Shown here: positions 51,916 through 64,000 of the stretch, piece by piece | How the letters are laid out: every line of letters begins with the position of its first letter | How positions within the stretch are numbered: position 1 is the first letter of the stretch | NCBI RefSeq assembly: GCF_006345805.1 | Contig: NC_043010.1 | Location: forward strand, 48,112,001 to 48,176,000 | DNA: 64,000 bases | Direction of reading: 5' to 3' | Source of the DNA: Octopus sinensis | Taxonomy: Eukaryota | The notes under the pieces: model-generated | Database searches by the model: none | The model's input: only the letters and a program-made list of their open reading frames with translations | What the model was told of the DNA's origin: nothing | Program-made: the position numbers and the translations under genes

Positions 51916-53529
51916 TTAATGAAGGATTTGATAAAAAAAAATCACCTTGTCATAATTAAGCTGGTGTTTTGGTATAGTTTTGATGGGAGGTTCTAATTTT
52001 AATCACTTAATGAAGAATTTAATGAAAAAAAAAATCACCTTGTCATTACTAAGTTGGTGTTTTGGAACAAACTAACCTGTAGTTTTGATGGGAGGTTTTA
52101 ATTTTAATCATTTAATGAAGAGTTTAAATAGTGGGACTGAGCCTGAAACCATGTAGTAGAAAATATTAGAATTTTCATGTAATAAACCTGTACTTTAAAC
52201 TCAAGCAGATTTCTTACTTAGATTTTTTCCTAAGTTTTTAGGTAAGAGTTACAGCTGGCAGAGATGATAGGTATCCAACCACCAAGCCAATAAGCTGATG
52301 TTTTCAATATTTTCACTGACACTGCACTGTATCTCTGTTGAGGACATTTTACTCACAACTGCCTAGTCTACTAGATCCTTTCCTTCAAAAATATCACATT
52401 AAAAAAAAAAAAAAAAAAAAAAAAGGAATAAAATTGCTGACCCATGTTAAAGAGAATAAACCATCATCATCAGTTAACATCCGTTTTCCATGCTGGCATG
52501 GGTTGGATGGTTTGACTAGCTGCAAGACCACAGTGAGTTCCAATGTCAGCTTTGACAAGGTTTCTGTAACTGGATGCCCTTTCTAATGCCAACCACTCTA
52601 CAGTGGCATACAGGGTGCTTTTCTAGTGCTACTGACACTAGTGAGGCCATTAAGTAACTTAGATGACAGGAAAAAGAGCAGGAAAATGCCACCTTGGCTG
52701 AGTGCGTGTGTGTGTGTGTGTGTGGGGGGTTCCTGGCTTTAAGGGTGTCGCAAAAGGCCTGGTTGGAGGGCCCAATCTTCCAAGTTCTTTCACAGGGCTT
52801 AGAAAAACTGAAGGACCACTACAATAAGTGTGTGAATCTGAGAGGGGAATATGTTGAATAAAATCATAATTAACTGATCCTCCTGTATTTTCTTTTACCC
52901 AAAGCCAGGAACTTTTTAGTACCCTTTCATACATGTCCATCCCACATTATATAAGGGTGGGAATAGTAAAGAAAAAGATAAAGATGGTCATGATGGGAGG
53001 TACCAACTCTCAAGGTATAAAAGATGAGCATAAGAGAGAATACAATGGACTGGGGGAAGAGGGAGAGTAAAAAGGATTCAATACATAGGTGCAGGTGAGA
53101 CTGTGTGGTATGAAGTTTCCTTCTCAACCACATGGGTTCAGGTTCAGTCTCACTCTGTGGCACCTTGGGCAAGTGCCTTCTAATATAGCCCCTGTCAACT
53201 AAAACCTTGTGAGTGGCTTGGTAAATGGAAACTGAAAGAAGCCTGTCATGTGAATGTGTGCGTTTGTCCCCAACGACCACTTAACAACTAGTGTTGGTGT
53301 GTTTACATCCCTGGAACTTAGCAGTTTGGCAAAAGATACTGATGAAATAAATACCAGGTTTCAAAAACCAAAAAAAAAAAAATGTACTGGGTTTGATTCA
53401 TTTGACTAAAAATTCTTCAAGGTGGTGCCCCAGCATGGCCATAATCAAATGACTGAAACAAGTAAAAGAAAAGATATAATATACAGATATTGTAACAACT
53501 GAACAAACTGAACAAAACTACAAACTCAC

Positions 53530-53658
53530 CCAGAATTCTTGCACACAACTGTAGTGTTAACTTCTGTTTTGGTTTTGTCTTAGTTGACACGTAAAAGATT
53601 TCCTTTACCACATGTTCCTTACGGGCATTAAATTTAAGCACCACATCATGACCTTTCC
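53530..53658 (-). CDS. C20orf27: C20orf27/ADISSP orthologue, middle exon
   Basis: KGHDVVLKFNARKEHVVKEIFYV...LTLQLCARIL parallels YSVKCEYSAHKEGVLKEEILL...VTVQARVM; 129 nt, phase 1-1, strong acceptor, donor GTGAGT. Confidence 0.88.
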
Positions 53659-54234
53659 CTGAATAGGAAGAGAGAGAGAGGGAGAGAGAAAAAATAAACA
53701 GGTATACAGCATAATTTTTAAAGGTTGTAACATGATCAGAGAATTCTGTGTCTGTTCTTGAGTTTTCTTTTCTGGATCTCTTAACAATGAGAAAGAACTG
53801 ACACTTGTTTATTCAACTTGGTCATGGGCAAACTGTGGCATGTGGGACTTTCTTATTTCTTTATTGCCCACAAGGGGCTAAACATAGAGGGGACAAACAA
53901 GGACAGATAAACGGATTAAGTTGATTACGTTGACCCTAGTGCATAACTGGTACTTAATTCCTCGACTCCAAAAGGATGAAAGGTAAAGTCTACATCAGCA
54001 GTTGACTAAAAATCCTTCAAGTGCTCGAGCATGACCACAGTCTAATGACTGGAACATGTAATAGGCGTAGGAGTGGCTGTGTGGTAAGTAGCTTGCTTCC
54101 TAATCACATGGTCTCAGGTTCAGTCCCACTGCATGGCACCTTGGGCAAGTGTCTTTTACTATGGCCTCGGGCCAACCAAAGCCTTGTGAGTGGATTTGGT
54201 AGATGGAAACTGAAAGAAGCCCATAGTATATAAG

Positions 54235-54299
<65 letters not shown>

Positions 54300-54819
54300 T
54301 TGTGTGTCTGTGTTTGTCCCCCCAACATCGCTTGACAACCGATGCTGATGTGTTTATGTCCCTGTAACTTAGCGGTTCGGCAAAAGAGAGCGATAGAATA
54401 AGAACTAGGCTTCCAAAGAAAAAAGTCCTGCGGTCGATTTGCTCGACTAAAGGCGGTGCTCCAGCATGGCCACAGTCAAATGACTGAAACAAGTAAAGGA
54501 GTAAAAGAGTACACACACAAAAGCGTGGCTTGTTTACAACTTTGTAACTTAACAGTTTGGCAAACAATACTGATTGGATAAGTAACAGATGTGAAAAAAT
54601 ATGTACCGGGATTGATTTTGATTGACTGAAACCCTTCATTGCAATGCCCCAACATGGCTACAATCCAACGACAGAAATTAATGTAAGAGATGAGGGAGGG
54701 TAATGTCTTACTAAATATCTAAGGGAGGTAAACTATTCAAGCAACTTTTGATTTGTACAGTTTTCTTTTCAATACACCTTAATAAGCTTGGCTCTGTTTG
54801 TTGTTTAGATGGATGGAAG

Positions 54820-55180
54820 CACTCCGTCGGTTACGACGACAAGGGTTCCGGTTGATCCGAATCAACGGAACAGCCTGCTCGTGAAATTAACGTGTAAGTG
54901 GCTGAGCACTCCACAGACATGTGTAGTGTACTCTTAACATAGTTCTCGGGGATATTCAGCGTGACACAGAGAGTGACAAGGCCGGCCCTTTGAAGTACAG
55001 GTACAACAGAAGCAGAAAGTAAGAGTGAGAGAAAGTTGTGGTGAAAGAGTACAGCAGGGATCACCACCATCCCCAGCTGGAGCCTCGAGGAGATTTAGGT
55101 GTTTTCGCTCAATAAACACGCGAATCGAAACTATGACAGCGAGTCTGCTGCCCTAACCACTGGGCCATTGCGCCTCCACT
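54820..55180 (-). mobile_element. tRNA-derived SINE family D
   Basis: Head tggaggcgcaatggcccagtggttagggcagc; related copy with an intact head at 39100-39388(-). Confidence 0.8.
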
Positions 55181-55829
55181 GTTTAGATGAACTTTCTTTA
55201 ACTAACCATTCATGTGTGAAGTAGAGTTATGTACGTCATTAGTAACACAATAGCTGCAGTTTGATTCAAAAGTTGCATGTCCACATATCTTAACCTGAGC
55301 CTCATATTAGTAATAACAATAGATAAAACATACATTATTAAATTTGATCTACAAATTCCAGAGGCAAAGTATCTTCTATTACAGCTTCAGGTCAACCCAA
55401 CGTATAAATTTTAAAAATGTAACAATAGTACATTGTTATTTAATGATGTATTACTTTTTCTATGCTGACATGCATTCGTTGGTTTGACAGGAAATGACAA
55501 GCCAGAGGGATTGTGTTGAACTCCAGTGTCTGTTTTGATATGGTTTCTATAGCCAAGCACTTTACAGTGTACAGGGCGCTTCTTTGTTTATAGCACCAGC
55601 ACTAGTGAGATCACTAAGTTCTCACAGAGAAAGGCCTCTCATGTGAGAGTGGTGTAGTACTGAAGGAGGAGGTGAAAATAGAATATAGGTCCAGAAACAG
55701 ATGTCATACTGAAAAGGAAAATACATGGCTGAGAGAGAGAGGGAAAGAGAAAGAGAGAGAGAGAGAGAAAGAGTACTCTCAAAGTACAAGATAAATATGA
55801 GATGTTTTTTATTTCATTCTGTAGTATAA

Positions 55830-56175
55830 TGCGTGAAGGTGCATGGCTCAGTGGTTAGAGTACCAGGCTCACAATCATGAAGTAGTGAGTTCGATTCCTA
55901 GATTGGGCTGTGCATTGTGTTCTTGAGCAAAATACTTTATTTTTCAAGTTGCTCCAGTTCACTCAGCTGCAGAAATGAGTCGCAACATCGCTTGTGTCAA
56001 GCTGTATCTGTCTGCCTTTCCCTTAGATAAGATTGGTGGCATGGAGAGGAGAAGCTGGAATGCATGGGTGACTGGTGGTCTTCCATAAACGACTTACGAC
56101 CTTGCCTGGACTTGTGCCTCAGAGGGTAACTTTCTAGGTGCAATCCTATGGTCATTCATAACACCAAAGGGTGTC
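55830..56175 (+). mobile_element. tRNA-derived SINE family C
   Basis: tggctcagtggttagag...gagttcgattcc head; reverse copy at 57695-58030, partial copy at 42130-42310. Confidence 0.85.
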
Positions 56176-56459
56176 TTCACACTTTTTTCCAGCGTCCTTA
56201 CCTGGCTTCCGTGCCGGTGGCGCCTTAAAAGCACCAACCGATCGTGGCCGATGCCAGACTCCCCTGGCACCTGTGCCGGCGGCACGTAAAAAGCACCCAC
56301 TACACTCGCGGAGTGGTTGGCATTAGGAAGGGCATCCAGCTGTAGAAACACTGCCAGATCAGACTGGAGCCTGGTGCAGCCCCTGGCTTCCCAGACCCCG
56401 GTCGAACCGTCCAACCCGTGCTAGCGCGGAAAACGGACGTTAAACGATGATGATGATGA

Positions 56460-56675
56460 TGAAATGTTAGCACGCCGGGTGAAATGCGTAGCCGTATTTT
56501 GTCTGCCGTTACGTTCTGAGTTCAAATTCCGCCGAGGTCGACTTGGCCTTTCATCCTTTCGGGGTCGATAAATAAAGTACCAGTTACGCACTGGGGTCGA
56601 TGTAATCGACTTAATCCGTTTGTCTGTCCTTGTTTGTCCCCTCTGTGTTTAGCCCCTTGTGGGCAGTAAAGAAAT
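56460..56675 (+). mobile_element. tRNA-derived SINE family B (about 220-250 bp)
   Basis: B box gagttcaaattcc, body ggtcgactttgcctttcatcctttcggggtcgat; copies at about 3340-3540(+), 3660-3810(-), 10178-10391(-), 18575-18790(-), 30235-30440(-), 38050-38530(-, dimeric), 59375-59570(-), 59610-59825(+), 61120-61320(-). Confidence 0.88.
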
Positions 56676-58730
56676 ATATATATATAAACACAAAATTGGA
56701 ATCTACTCATGGGATTTATTATGCTAGAAAGAACAGCTAGGTTCCAAAACCACAAAATTAGGGATTTTATAACCTAGCTGTTCTTTCTAGTGTGATGAAT
56801 CCCATGAGTGGATTTCTATTATGTGTTTAAATATACACTGTATTTTATGAGTAATACATAGTCTTTGGACTAAATTTATACACGCTAGGCCACTGGAGGT
56901 GAACATTTCTATTAATTTTCATTTCCCTTCAATATCATCATCATCATCATCATCATCATTTAACGTCCGCTTTCCATGCTAGCATGGGTTGGACGGTTCA
57001 ACTGGGGTCTGGGAAGCCCGAAGGCTGCACCAGGCCAGTCAGATCTGGCACTGTTTCTACAGCTGGATGCCCTTCCTAACGCCAACCACTCCGAGAGTGT
57101 AGTGGGTGATTTTATGTGCCACCGACACAGGTGCCAGACGAGGCTGGCGAACGGCCACGCTCGGATGGTGTTTTTTACGTGCCAACGGCATGGAAGCCAG
57201 TTAAGGCAGCACTGGCATCAGCCACGTTCGGATGGTGCTTTTTACATGCCACCGGCACAGGCATCATAACTACAATTTCCATTTGATTTTTATTTTGATG
57301 TTGATGTACTTGACTCATAGGTCTCCTCAAGCACATACACACACACAAACACACATAACTACTGCAGTAGAGTTTGCTCTAAGAGAACATCCATGTTTAA
57401 ATGGGAATAAATATGACCTTTCAGTATTAATATTGACTCTGTCACTAATATATATTTTTTATCAAGCTCACTGGCTAATTGTTCAGGCACTGTTTTTCTA
57501 TATATCACTGGTGGTAGGGATGAGTTGCTGCTATCTAGCAGTTGAGTGTCCATCATTGAGAAAACAGAGGAAGGTCAAAATCATGTGATCTGGTGGTCTC
57601 AGTGCTGGAAATGACAGGAATTTATCTCCCCACTAGTGATATAAACTAGTGTGCATCTACATTTAAGTGGAAATAAGTATATATATTATACACTGAGACC
57701 CCCTTCGGTCACGACACAGACCATGGGGTTGCACTGAGAAAGTTACCCTCCCAGGCACAAGTCTGGGCAAGGTTGTTTATGGAAGACCAGCAGTCGCCCA
57801 TGCATACTGGCCTCCCCTCTCCACACCACCAGTGTTATCCAAGAGAAAGTCAAAGGCCGATACAGCTTGGCACCTGTGACATCTCAACTCATTTCTACAG
57901 CTGAGTGAACTGGAGCAATGTGAAATAAAGTCTCTTGCTCAAGAACACAACACGCAGCCCGCTCCAGGATTCGAACTCACAACCTCACGATCGTAAGCTC
58001 AATGCTCTAACCACTGAGCCATGCGCCTTCACATATCATACTCTACAGTAGAATAATATCACAGATTATGTTTCCTGTTGAAATAAAATCCAAGATTGAA
58101 AAAAACAAACAAACCAAAAAACGATTTAGCCAATTGAATCAGTATCAGGAGATAATTGAAACTTATTTTAAATAATCTTGGAAGGATAAAGAAAAAGATG
58201 ACCATTACCCCAGCATAGAATGATGAGATGAAATGAAATACCATTAAGCAATTTAGTACACACACATACAAAGAAGTATAATATGATGAGTGAATTAACC
58301 CTTTAGCATTTAGATTACTTTGTCAAATGTAAAGCTTATTCATTCACAAAATTTTGAATTAATCATGTATTCTCTCATAGCATTGACATTTCAATGATAT
58401 CATCATCATCGTTTAACGTCCGTTTTCCATGCTAGCATGGGTTGGATGATTTGACTGAGGACTGGCGAACCAGATGGTTGCACCAGGCTCCAATCTTGAT
58501 CTGGCAGAGTTTCTACAGCTGGATGCTCTTCCTAATGCCAACCACTCTGAGAGTGTAGTGGGTGCTTTTGTTGATTTTTAGAATGACATTGCAGAGTAGT
58601 TGTGAGAGACCAAATCTAGCTGATTTGAGCACAAAACAGGTAAAATATTTGGGCCAGATATGGCTGGTTTAAATGCTAAAGGGTTAACCAACAGTTTGCT
58701 ATTAAAGCAACAACAGTAACAAGAACCTAC

Positions 58731-58964
58731 CGTCTTGAGTTGGTGTAAACGAGAGTACTTTTATATACACATTCCTTTTGGCTTTTGGTTCTATGAGTAA
58801 ATCTTCACCCAGGTTGTGATTGAAGGCGAACGTTACCTCGTACACATGGTCAAGTTGTAAGAAGCCTAACTTTACATCAATATGGTTTTTGCCTGAATCT
58901 AGCACCAGAATCTGAGCTTCGTGAAGTGATACTTCTTCCTCAGGGAAATGGACATGTCCTGAGT
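58731..58964 (-). CDS. C20orf27: UPF0687 / adipose-secreted signalling protein orthologue, first identifiable coding exon
   Basis: SGHVHFPEE...IDVKLGFLQLDHVYEVTF resembles human C20orf27 SHVHFDE...FLVKVGFLKILHRYEITF (recalled sequence); 234 nt, phase 1-1, acceptor ttttctAG, donor GTAGGT. Confidence 0.88.
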
Positions 58965-59016
58965 CTAGAAAATATTCATAGAAATAGATATATGTGTGTT
59001 AGTATACATACATATT

Positions 59017-59377
59017 GGCCTTGTGCCAAAATTTGAAATCAATATTTATGATCATTTTCCATGCTTAAGCACTACATCATAAAGTCATGTGTATATGTAT
59101 GTATACATGTGTGTGTATACATACACACACATATATTTATACACAAATCTGTATGTCTGTTTATCTATTTGTTTCTTTCTCATTTACACCCAGTGTATAC
59201 ATATACACTGGGTGTAAGTGTATACACTGGATGTAAATGAGAAAGAAACAAATAGATAAATATATGTGTGTGTATGTATACACACATGTATACATACATA
59301 TACACATGACTTTATGATGTAGCGCTTAAGCATGGAAAATGACCATAAATATTGATTTCAAATTTTGGCACGAGGCC
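59017..59377. repeat. 360-bp fold-back palindrome
   Basis: Arms differ by a few transitions and one insertion of about 25 nt; nested central palindrome tacacccagtgtatacatatacactgggtgta. Confidence 0.92.
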
Positions 59378-59953
59378 AACAATTTCAGGGGGTGGGGTAA
59401 GTCAATTAGTCAATTACACTAACCTCAGTGCTGAACTGGTATTTATTTTATCAAGCCCAAAAGGATAAAAAAACACAAAGTCAACCTTAGCAGAATTTGA
59501 ACTCGGAGCATAAGATGGGAGAATTGCTGCTAAACATTTTAGCTGGCATGCAAACAATCCTGCCAGTCCACCATAAATATTAGAGTTCAGTACCATTACA
59601 TCAAAAAGGCAGTGATGCTGGCAGAATCAGAAGCACACAGGACAAAATGCTAAACAGCACTTCATCTTGTCTTCATGTTCTGAGTTCAAATTCCATCGAG
59701 GTTGACTTTGCCTTTCAACCTTCCAGGGCTGATAAAATACATACTGGTTGAGTACTGGGGTCGATGTAATTGACTTAATCCCTTCCCTGAAATTGCTGGC
59801 CTTGTGCTAAAGTTTGAAACCAATTACATTACATCCCATTAAACTTTGAAATTTCATATGTTAATTGAACTTACATGTAATTATATAACCATGGTTGTTA
59901 TAGTGTTACATAAGAATTATTGAAACAACTGAAAAAACATGAATATTCTTTAA

Positions 59954-60167
59954 CCCTTGATACCAATCTGGTTGAAACTGGCTCTGTGGTGCAAATGTCT
60001 TGTTTTCATAAGTTTTGAATTAAAATCTTCCACCAAACCTTAGTCACAATTTATGTTCCTAACACTAGCTTAATGATAACGAAGTTATTTTACTAAATTC
60101 TTTGTTATATTTTAAATAATTGAAAGACACACAGAGCAATCTCAACAGAAATATAGTAATGAAAGGG
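59954..60167. mobile_element. piggyBac-type MITE family 2
   Basis: TTAA|CCCTT...AAAGGG|TTAA; its internal sequence reappears as tandem arrays at 43900-44430 and 51480-52130. Confidence 0.75.
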
Positions 60168-60953
60168 TTAAAATGTGTACATTGCATATACGATAATTAA
60201 TTCATATTATTTTAATGTTCACTTTTCTTTTCCAGGCTTGCATGGGTTGGATGGAAGTTATTGTGATATATTTTCTACAGCTGGATACACCTTCCTATTG
60301 CCAACCCTTAACAGCTTTCAAGCAAAGCAATATTTCCCTATGACCAGACACCGTTTTGTAGAATATAGCAAATGAATAACATTCATTTACAACAATCACA
60401 TGATGTCAAGATACGGAGACACAGACACACACATAGGACGGGCTTCTTTCAGCCTGGGGCTATATAGTTAAGCACACTTGCTCAAACTGGATGCAAAACT
60501 GTGGTTGTGGTTGAGAAGCAAACTTTTTAACCAGACAGTAACACCTGTGTAAAAATATACACATCTCATCTTTTACTTGTTTCTGTCATTAGACTGTGGC
60601 TATGCTGGGGTATTACCCTTGAAGAATTTTAGTCAAACAAATCCACCCCAGTACTTTATTTTTAAGCCTGGTCCTTATTCCATTGGTCTCTTTTAGCAAA
60701 ATGCTAAGTTACAGGGATGTATACACAGACACAAGACACATGCACACACATGATAGGCTTCTTTCAATTTCTGTCTGCCAAATCCACTTAGGTTTTGGTC
60801 AGCAGCTCAAGGCTAGAATAGAAGGTACCCAGCCAAGGTGCCACACAGTGGGACTGAACCTAGAACCATGTGGTTGGTGAGCAAATACCTAAATATCTTA
60901 CCACACAGGCCTGTGCCTATATATTTATTTACATATAATACAAATGTGTGTGT

Positions 60954-61022
<69 letters not shown>

Positions 61023-62128
61023 AATAAAAAAAATCTATAAACAGTGAAGTCTAGTATGATTTTTAGCTTTGGTTCTATTTTTGCATAAGACCAAAACTTT
61101 TAAACAAGGAATATAGATTTCAAATATTGGCACAAGCCCAGCAAGATCAGTAGCCAGGAGGGGTTTGTGAATCCAGTGCTCAACTGGTACTTATTTTATT
61201 GACCCCAAACAGATGAAAGACAAAGTCGACCTCAGTGGAATTTGAACTCAGAATATAAAGACGGATGAAATGCCATTCAGCATTTTGCCCTGCGTGCTAA
61301 CAATTCTGCCAGCTCGAGGCCTATTACGATAGCATGGGCATACGTGTATTTCTCATACTGACTGACTTAAGCAAGGAATATAGCCAACTGAACCAACAAA
61401 TCTCAATCTCCTAGATATATACACAGGTGAAACTGAACACCACGCTCTGTGGAAAAATTATAAATCATTTCTGGTACTGTTTCACTTATAAATCTGGCCT
61501 CCACATTGTGTCTATTTATGTATCTCAATAAATTAAATAAAGTATCTTAGCAACTGACACAATTATAAACAATCATTTCCTTGGCCTATTAATAATTCAA
61601 ACACTGTGAAAAAGTAAAAAGTTCTTTTTTTAGGTATGACCATTTGGCCTTAGATTCAGTCCCTCCCCACGGTACCTCGGGCATGTGTCTTCTACTATAG
61701 CGTTAGGCTAAGCAAAGCCTTGGGAGTGGATTAGGTGGATGGAAACTGAAAGAAGCTTATCATCATCATCATCATCATCATTTAGTGTCTGCTTTCCATG
61801 CAGGCATGGGTTAGACAGTTTGACTGAAACTGGTAAGCTGCACCAGGTTCCAATCTGATTTGGGTTGGTTTCTACAACTGGATGCCCTTCCTAACGCCAA
61901 CCACTCTAAAAGTGTAATGGGTGCTTTTTATGTGCCACTGGCATGGGTGCCAGTTATGTGACACTGGCATTGGCCATGACTACAATTTCACTTGGCTTGA
62001 TGGGTCATCTCAAGCATGGCATACAGCCAAAGGTCTCAGTCACTTATCATTGCCTCCATGAGACCCAATGTTTGAAGGGTGCTTTTACATGCCACTGGCA
62101 TGGGTGCCAGTTACGAGACACCGGCATG

Positions 62129-62177
<49 letters not shown>

Positions 62178-63049
62178 ATACATATATATATATATACACA
62201 CATGTGTGTGTGAGTGCATGCACCTTTGTGTTTGTCCTCCACCACGCCATGATAACTAGTGTTGGTTTGTTCTCATTAACTTAGTGGTTCAGTAAAACTG
62301 ACTGATAGAATAAGTACCAGACCGTGAAGAAAAAAAGAAATATTGTTGTTGATTTACTCAACTAAACTAGTGGTTCTCAACTGGAGGGCCATATAAGTAT
62401 TTTAGGGGTTAAGGAGTAAAAACTTCGCTTTAGATGTATTTGTTGCTTCTTTCTGTAATGCTTAACATAGTTCAACATAATTTCCAACCACTGAAATGCA
62501 TTCTTTTAAAGAGCACTAGTGCAAACCTACACAAGGTGACTGGGTCCAAAACAAAACAAGAATATTGAAAGGAGTATCTAGAAAAACTAGTTTTTAAAAA
62601 AATCAAATGGTTATGGGTGGTGTCCACCTGAATAAAATAGTAATCAAAGTGGTGTATCATCATCATCATCGTTTAACGTCCGTTTTCCATGCTAGCATGG
62701 GTTGGACGGTTAAACTGGGGTCTGGGGAGCCAGTAGGCTGCGCCAGGCTCAGTCTGATCTGGCAGTGTTTCTACAGCTGGATGCCCTTCCTATCGCCAAC
62801 CACTCCGTGAATGTAGTGGGTGCTTTTTATGTGTCACCTGCACAGGTGCCAGACGAGGCTGGCAAATGGCCACAATCAGATGGTGCTTTTAATGTGCCAC
62901 CGGCACGGGGGCCAGACGAGGCTGACAACGGCCTAAGGCTGACAGGTAAAAAAAAAAAAAAAAGGGCAAGTGTCTTCTGCTATAGCCCCGGGCCGACCAA
63001 TGCCTTGTGAGTGGATTTGGTAGATGGAAACTGAAAGAAGCCTGTCGTA

Positions 63050-63122
<73 letters not shown>

Positions 63123-63652
63123 TTGTGTGTCTGTGTTTGTCCCCCTGGCATTGCTTGACAACCGATGCTGGTGTGTTTATGTCCCCGTTACTTAGCGGTT
63201 CGGCAAAAGAGACCGATAGAATAAGTACTGGGCTTACAAAAGAATAAGTCCCGGGGTCGATTTGCTTGATTAAAGGCGGTGCTCCAGCATGGCCACAGTC
63301 AAATGACTGAAACAAGTAAAAAAGTAAAAGTAACCACTAAAGCTGTGTTCCAACACAGCCACAGTTCAATAATGAATGAAGCAAGTAAAAGACAAATGTT
63401 TATAATTCATAAGACTGGCATTTATTTCTGAACCATTTAGGTTTATGTTTTCTAGTAAAGGCGTTGCTATTCATTTTCTCAATCAAATTAAACTGACTGC
63501 TATTACAGACAACAGACAATCCAACACATGAAGTAGGATATGACTTTGCAATTCACAGGCCAAGTAGAAGTCATATAGTGGGTTTTATATTTTGTTTTAT
63601 CTATTATATAAAATCCGTTCTGTCTGTCTGTTTGTGTGTGTCTTCTCGGATT

Positions 63653-63885
63653 TCAGGCATCCTCCATCATAGCATTATGGAGGTCCTGTTGCTGGATGCC
63701 TGTATCCCTGGAGATTACATCAGGGTAGGAGAGTGTGCGCCCTCTGGTATTGTGAGTAGATGGCTTCCAGAGGAGAAGAGTAGAAATTGCCTCGTTTTCA
63801 GCTTTACAACAATGTCCAGCAAACTGGACTCTGCTATCTTTCACAAGAGATGACATTGTCTTGACCACGGTCGAACAATGATGAT
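63653..63885 (-). mobile_element. RTE-type LINE 3' end copy
   Basis: Homologous to 34345-34800. Confidence 0.85.
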
Positions 63886-64000
63886 GATGAGAGAAAGGGT
63901 ATGAGCAGAGAGAACAGGGTTCTTGTTGTATAGATGGGATATGGCTATTCACATTTTAGAAGAGAGAGAGGACACGTGGAATTGGAAAGTAATATAAACA

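Noticed and set aside
57359-57556. 65-aa non-repetitive minus-strand ORF inside a C20orf27 intron
   Set aside because: No usable splice sites, no recognised motif, and not part of the C20orf27 alignment; unresolved remnant or chance ORF.
58965-64000. First coding exon and promoter of C20orf27
   Set aside because: No convincing ATG-containing phase-1 exon or CpG-rich promoter found; probably beyond the window end.

Overview
AT-rich, repeat-dense eukaryotic DNA, most likely from an octopus or other coleoid cephalopod (inferred from the SINE, LINE and microsatellite landscape and a mollusc-type gene; not database-verified). Two spliced genes could be built by hand with phase-consistent splice sites. 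(1) + strand, 37-25060, 8 coding exons, 472 aa from the ATG at 37: signal peptide, C-type lectin-like domain, PAN/apple domain, Ser/Thr-rich stalk, one TM helix and a cytoplasmic tail; one intron must be GC-AG. (2) - strand, 49596-58964, three exons of a C20orf27/ADISSP (UPF0687) orthologue whose first exon was not found. Between them are weak candidate exons of a possible third minus-strand gene. The rest is tRNA-derived SINEs (at least 4 families), RTE, CR1/L2 and R4/Dong LINE fragments, piggyBac-, mariner- and Helentron-type non-autonomous elements, a Tc1 remnant and a tRNA-Trp pseudogene. Most notable unannotated structure: four different degenerate type-I hammerhead ribozyme motifs in or beside (TA)n-associated Penelope-like repeats; clusters of long fold-back palindromes, some built from local sequence; and two predicted routes to a soluble receptor isoform (a junction-created stop codon and an AATAAA-rich minisatellite before exon 7). 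Nearly all entries in the supplied ORF track are repeat or microsatellite artefacts. Repeat boundaries are approximate.
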